Shown here: in pieces, positions 52,903 through 56,046 of the stretch | How the letters are laid out: each line of letters starts with the position of its first letter | How positions within the stretch are numbered: the stretch's first letter is position 1 | Assembly (NCBI GenBank): GCA_947628845.1 | Contig: CANRBK010000001.1 | Span: 1-56,046, forward strand | Direction: 5' to 3' | From: an uncultured Clostridia bacterium | GTDB taxonomy: Bacteria > Bacillota > Clostridia > TANB77 > CAG-508 | Length of the DNA: 56,046 bases | Translations under genes and position numbers: made by a program | The notes under the pieces: model-generated | Told to the model about the DNA's origin: nothing | The model's database searches: none | Seen by the model: only the letters and a program-made list of their open reading frames with translations

Positions 52903-54990
52903 ATGGCTGACAAATTGATAATTGTGGAATCACCAGCAAAAGCAAACACAATAAAAAAATTTTTAGGAGGTAGCACAAAAGTTGTAGCTTCAATGGGACA
53001 TATAAGAGACCTACCTAAATCAAAATTGGGCGTAGATATAGAGAATGATTTTGAACCAGAATATATAAACATTAGAGGAAAAGGGGATTTAATAAAATCA
53101 TTAAGAACAGATGCAAAAAAAGCAAAAAAAGTATATTTAGCAACTGACCCTGATCGTGAAGGTGAAGCAATAGCATGGCACCTATCAAAAATATTAGAAG
53201 AAGATAAAGAAAAGATAACAAGAGTCACATTTAATGAAATAACAAAATCAGCAGTGCAAAAAGCTATTAAAGAGCCAAGAAATATTGACCTAAATATAGT
53301 AGATGCACAGCAGGCAAGAAGAATATTAGACAGAATAGTTGGTTATAAAATTAGTCCATTATTATGGAAAAAGGTAAAAAGAGGATTATCAGCAGGGAGA
53401 GTTCAATCAGTAGCTGTAAAGCTAATAGTTGACAGAGAAAATGAAATTGAAAACTTTATTCCACAAGAATATTGGAATATATATGCAAATTTAAAAGATG
53501 AAAAAACAAAAAAAGAATTTGAAGCTAGATTTTTTGGAAAAAATGGAAAAAAGCAAGAAATAAATTCAAAAGAGCAAGTGGATGAAATTTTAAAAGATGT
53601 AAAAAAAGCAAAATATATCATTTCAGAAATTAAAAAAGGAGAGAAAAAAAGAAATCCATCACCACCATTTACAACAAGTACAATGCAACAGGAGGCATCA
53701 CGAAAATTGGGATTTACATTAAAGAAAACAATGGCTGTTGCACAAAGTTTGTATGAAGGAGTAAAAATATCAGATAAAGGAACAATAGGTTTAATAACTT
53801 ATATGAGAACAGACTCAACTAGAATATCTGAAGAAGCAAGAGCAACAGCAAAATCTCATATTATTTCAACTTATGGTGAAGAATATTATGAAAATAGATA
53901 TTATAAAACAAATAAAGATGCACAAGATGCGCATGAAGGTATAAGACCAACATATTCAGATATTGAACCAGATCATGTAAAAGATGATCTAACAAAAGAT
54001 CAATATAAATTATATAAATTAATATATAACAGATTTATGGCAAGCCAAATGAAACCAGCAATTTATGACACAATGGCAGTTAATATAAAAGCCAATGAAT
54101 ATGATTTTAAAGCAAATGGACAAAGTTTAAAATTTAAAGGCTTTATGATTTTATATGTTGAAGGTACAGACGAAAAAGAAGAACAAGAAGAAGGCATGTT
54201 ACCAGAATTAGAAGAAAAGCAAGAATTAAAATTAATGAAATTAAATCCAAAGCAAAGTTTTACGGAACCACCAGCAAGATATACAGAAGCGAGCTTAGTA
54301 AAAGCATTAGAAGAAAAAGGAATAGGAAGACCAAGTACTTATTCTCCTACAATTACAACAATCTTAGAGAGAAGATATATCGAAAAAGAACAAAAACAGC
54401 TAATTCCAACAGAACTAGGAAAAATTGTAAATAAATTACTTACAGAAAGTTTTGAAGATATAATAAATGTTGAATTTACAGCTAAAATAGAAGATGGATT
54501 TGATGAAATAGCTGATGGAAAAGAGCAATGGAAAAAAATGATAAGAGAGTTCTATGAACCATTTGCAAAAGAGTTAGAAAAAGCGGAAAAAGAATTAGAA
54601 CATGTGCAATTGGTTGATGAAGTATCAGATGTACAATGTGAAAAATGCGGAAGAATGATGGTTTATAAATTTGGAAGATATGGCAAATTTTTAGCTTGCC
54701 CTGGTTATCCAGAGTGTAAAAATGCAAAACCAATAATTGAAACAATAGATGTTCCTTGTCCAAAATGTGGCGGTGTTGTTCAAGTAAAAAAAACGAAGAA
54801 GAAAAGAAATTATTATATTTGTGAAAATAATCCAGAATCTTGTGATTATATTTCATGGAATAAACCAAAGCTAGGAGAAAAATGGAATCCTGAAGAAGCG
54901 GAGGAAGTAAAAAAAGAAACTACGAAAAAGACAACGAGGAAATCAACAAAAAGGAAGACAACAAAAAATTCTACCAAGAAGAAAAAATAA
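52903..54990 (+). CDS. topA: DNA topoisomerase I
   Basis: AGGAGG RBS. The TOPRIM N-terminus is LIIVESPAKANTIKKFLG...ATDPDREGEAIAWH. The active-site region is GLITYMRTDS. The C-terminal Cys4 zinc ribbons are CEKCGRMMV...CPGYPEC and CPKCGG...CEN, followed by a Lys-rich tail. Confidence 0.95.
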   Translation: MADKLIIVESPAKANTIKKFLGGSTKVVASMGHIRDLPKSKLGVDIENDFEPEYINIRGKGDLIKSLRTDAKKAKKVYLATDPDREGEAIAWHLSKILEEDKEKITRVTFNEITKSAVQKAIKEPRNIDLNIVDAQQARRILDRIVGYKISPLLWKKVKRGLSAGRVQSVAVKLIVDRENEIENFIPQEYWNIYANLKDEKTKKEFEARFFGKNGKKQEINSKEQVDEILKDVKKAKYIISEIKKGEKKRNPSPPFTTSTMQQEASRKLGFTLKKTMAVAQSLYEGVKISDKGTIGLITYMRTDSTRISEEARATAKSHIISTYGEEYYENRYYKTNKDAQDAHEGIRPTYSDIEPDHVKDDLTKDQYKLYKLIYNRFMASQMKPAIYDTMAVNIKANEYDFKANGQSLKFKGFMILYVEGTDEKEEQEEGMLPELEEKQELKLMKLNPKQSFTEPPARYTEASLVKALEEKGIGRPSTYSPTITTILERRYIEKEQKQLIPTELGKIVNKLLTESFEDIINVEFTAKIEDGFDEIADGKEQWKKMIREFYEPFAKELEKAEKELEHVQLVDEVSDVQCEKCGRMMVYKFGRYGKFLACPGYPECKNAKPIIETIDVPCPKCGGVVQVKKTKKKRNYYICENNPESCDYISWNKPKLGEKWNPEEAEEVKKETTKKTTRKSTKRKTTKNSTKKKK

Positions 54991-55002
54991 AGTTTTAATT
55001 TT

Positions 55003-55053
55003 AAAATAAAATAGACAAAACTTAGAAAATCATGCATTTGTCTATTTTATTTT
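55003..55053 (+). terminator. topA terminator hairpin
   Basis: 17-bp perfect arms aaaataaaatagacaaa / tttgtctattttatttt with a 17-nt loop and a T-rich 3' arm. Confidence 0.65.
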
Positions 55054-55065
55054 AAATTAAGGCTA

Positions 55066-55094
55066 TTGACAATATTTATAATTTTTGGTATTAT
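55066..55094 (+). promoter_or_regulatory. Near-consensus sigma-A promoter for the tRNA-Gly/tRNA-Cys pair
   Basis: TTGACA (55066-55071), a 17-nt spacer, then the TG-extended -10 tggTATTAT (55086-55094), about 35 nt upstream of the tRNA. Confidence 0.6.
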
Positions 55095-55129
55095 AGTAAT
55101 TGCTTTTGAATATAATATATTAAGAAAAT

Positions 55130-55205
55130 GCGGGAATAGCTCAGTTGATAGAGCGATGCCTTGCCAAGGCATAGGTCGCGGGTTTGAGCCCCGTTTCCCG
55201 CTCCA
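55130..55205 (+). tRNA. tRNA-Gly (GCC)
   Basis: GCGGGAA-TA-GCTC-AGTTGATA-GAGC-G-ATGCC-TTGCCAA-GGCAT-AGGTC-GCGGG-TTTGAGC-CCCGT-TTCCCGC-T-CCA, 76 nt. Confidence 0.9.
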
Positions 55206-55217
55206 TAATTTAGTAAT

Positions 55218-55291
55218 GGCGCCTTAGCCAAGCGGTAAGGCACGAGTCTGCAAAACTCTGATGATCGGTCCGACTCCGATAGGCGCCTCCA
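55218..55291 (+). tRNA. tRNA-Cys (GCA)
   Basis: GGCGCCT-TA-GCCA-AGCGGTA-AGGC-A-CGAGT-CTGCAAA-ACTCT-GATG-ATCGG-TCCGACT-CCGAT-AGGCGCC-T-CCA, 74 nt. Confidence 0.85.
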
Positions 55292-55302
55292 AAGTATTTA
55301 AA

Positions 55303-55339
55303 AATTCCACAGATTTTTAAGAATTCTGTGGAATTTTTA
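55303..55339 (+). terminator. Rho-independent terminator after the tRNA pair
   Basis: aattccacaga-tttttaagaat-tctgtggaatt hairpin followed by a short T tract (ttt). Confidence 0.7.
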
Positions 55340-55518
55340 AAACTGTCTAAAGCTTTTTATATCAAGCATTTCCATTTCTTTATGATTTCTTTCAATTTTT
55401 CTCAATTTTCCAAAACTACATTAACATTTTTTATGGAAAATATAATTTATTGGTATAAACATATTGACATATGCAAACATTTGTTTTATAATATAAACAA
55501 AATTTACACAAGGAAGGA

Positions 55519-56046
55519 ATGAAGTTATTTATGAATAATCTCACTAATATTGAGCCAGTAAATAGAGAATTAAATTTAGTAAAATATGAAATAGTTGATA
55601 TTAAGAATTTAATTTATTGCATTAGAGGAAAACAAGTTATGCTAGATAGCGACGTAGCAATGTTATATCATTATCAAACTAAAAGAATAAATGAAACAGT
55701 TACTAGAAATAAGGAAAGATTTCCAGAAAATTTTTGTTTTCAGCTAACGGAAGATGAGTTTTCATGTTTAAGGTCGCAAATTGCGACCTTATTGGAAAGC
55801 GAAGATATGCGGTCGCAATTTGCGACCGCATGAGAAAAAAGAGAATAGCAAGAGAAATAAAAGTAAACTTCCTTATGTGTTCACAGAGCAAGGTATAGCA
55901 ATGCTTTCGGGTCTATTAAGAAATGAAATTGCAGTTCAAGTAAGTATAAACATAATGAATGCATTTGTCGAAATGAGAAAATTTATTTCCATAAATGGAC
56001 AAGTTTTTGAAAGATTAACAAATGTTGAATATAGATTATTAGAACA
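55519..56046 (+). pseudogene. ORF6N-domain (KilA-N-related) gene interrupted by a 40-bp insertion; 3' end beyond the window
   Basis: The N-terminal part IRGKQVMLDSDVAMLYHYQTKRINETVTRNKERFPENFCFQLTEDEF..LRSQIAT stops at the TGA at 55831-55833. The expected continuation EKKENSKRNKSKLPYVFTEQGIAMLSGLLRNEIAVQVSINIMNAFVEMRKF runs in the +1 frame to the window end. Confidence 0.6.
55769..55831. repeat. Two perfect palindromes sharing the core GGTCGCAA-N-TTGCGACC
   Basis: 55769-55791 is taaggtcgcaa-a-ttgcgacctta (11-bp arms). 55807-55831 is atgcggtcgcaa-t-ttgcgaccgcat (12-bp arms). Confidence 0.9.

Noticed and set aside
55328-55522. A 64-aa ORF upstream of the ORF6N gene.
   Set aside because: It starts inside the tRNA terminator hairpin with no RBS and has AT-rich promoter-like sequence content. 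This is more likely the ORF6N gene's regulatory region.
55825-55840. Programmed +1 frameshift at GCA-TGA-G, followed by an A6 run, as an explanation for the split ORF6N gene.
   Set aside because: GCA to CAU re-pairing is not slippery. The 40-bp palindrome-containing insertion explains the duplicated motif and the frame change in one step.
1-56046. Search for CRISPR arrays, rRNA genes, transposases/IS elements, toxin-antitoxin pairs and riboswitch-like leaders.
   Set aside because: No regularly spaced direct repeats with unique spacers were seen; all periodic repeats are protein-coding. There are no rRNA-like conserved stretches and no DDE or transposase-like ORFs. The intergenic leaders are short and AT-rich, with no recognisable conserved riboswitch cores.

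Overview
This is a strongly AT-rich, Gram-positive (Clostridia-like) chromosomal segment, and almost everything outside one island is on the + strand. All domain names below come from motif recognition by eye, not from database searches. (1) 1-16.7 kb holds an operon of four surface-protein genes that together look like a complete non-cellulolytic cohesin-dockerin assembly system. The four are a 5'-truncated >3,480-aa stalk adhesin ending in a dockerin, a small cohesin-X-dockerin adaptor, a 1,365-aa cohesin / Listeria-Bacteroides-repeat / dockerin protein, and a 257-aa cohesin with an LPKTG sortase signal. (2) 16.9-19.9 kb holds a CaCA antiporter and an acyl-CoA synthetase. (3) 20.0-32.5 kb is one 4,163-aa gene: signal peptide, cohesin, two-helix membrane hairpin, dockerin, Pro/Thr linker, about 8 kb of Ig-like super-repeats, and a C-terminal M26 (pneumococcal Zmp / IgA1-protease-like) HExxH peptidase. 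(4) 32.67-42.6 kb is a ~9.9-kb integrase-bearing element inserted in the anticodon loop of an initiator tRNA-fMet gene. Both halves of the disrupted tRNA are visible, and the element carries its own complete tRNA-fMet. Its cargo is an ECF sigma factor fused through a TM helix to a serpin-like ectodomain, a Spo0A-like response regulator, a PepSY protein translationally coupled to a small gingipain-like Cys peptidase, and replication-type genes. (5) 42.8-47.2 kb is a four-gene MoxR-type AAA+ / VWA-metallopeptidase cassette whose first gene contains a ~125-bp GC-rich, A-depleted patch. (6) 47.3-56.0 kb holds housekeeping genes (phosphoesterase, radical SAM, apparently frameshifted LbH transferase, flavoprotein, CPA2 antiporter, hydrolase, topA), tRNA-Gly and tRNA-Cys, and an ORF6N gene broken by a 40-bp palindrome-containing insertion. 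No CRISPR array, rRNA or transposase was seen.
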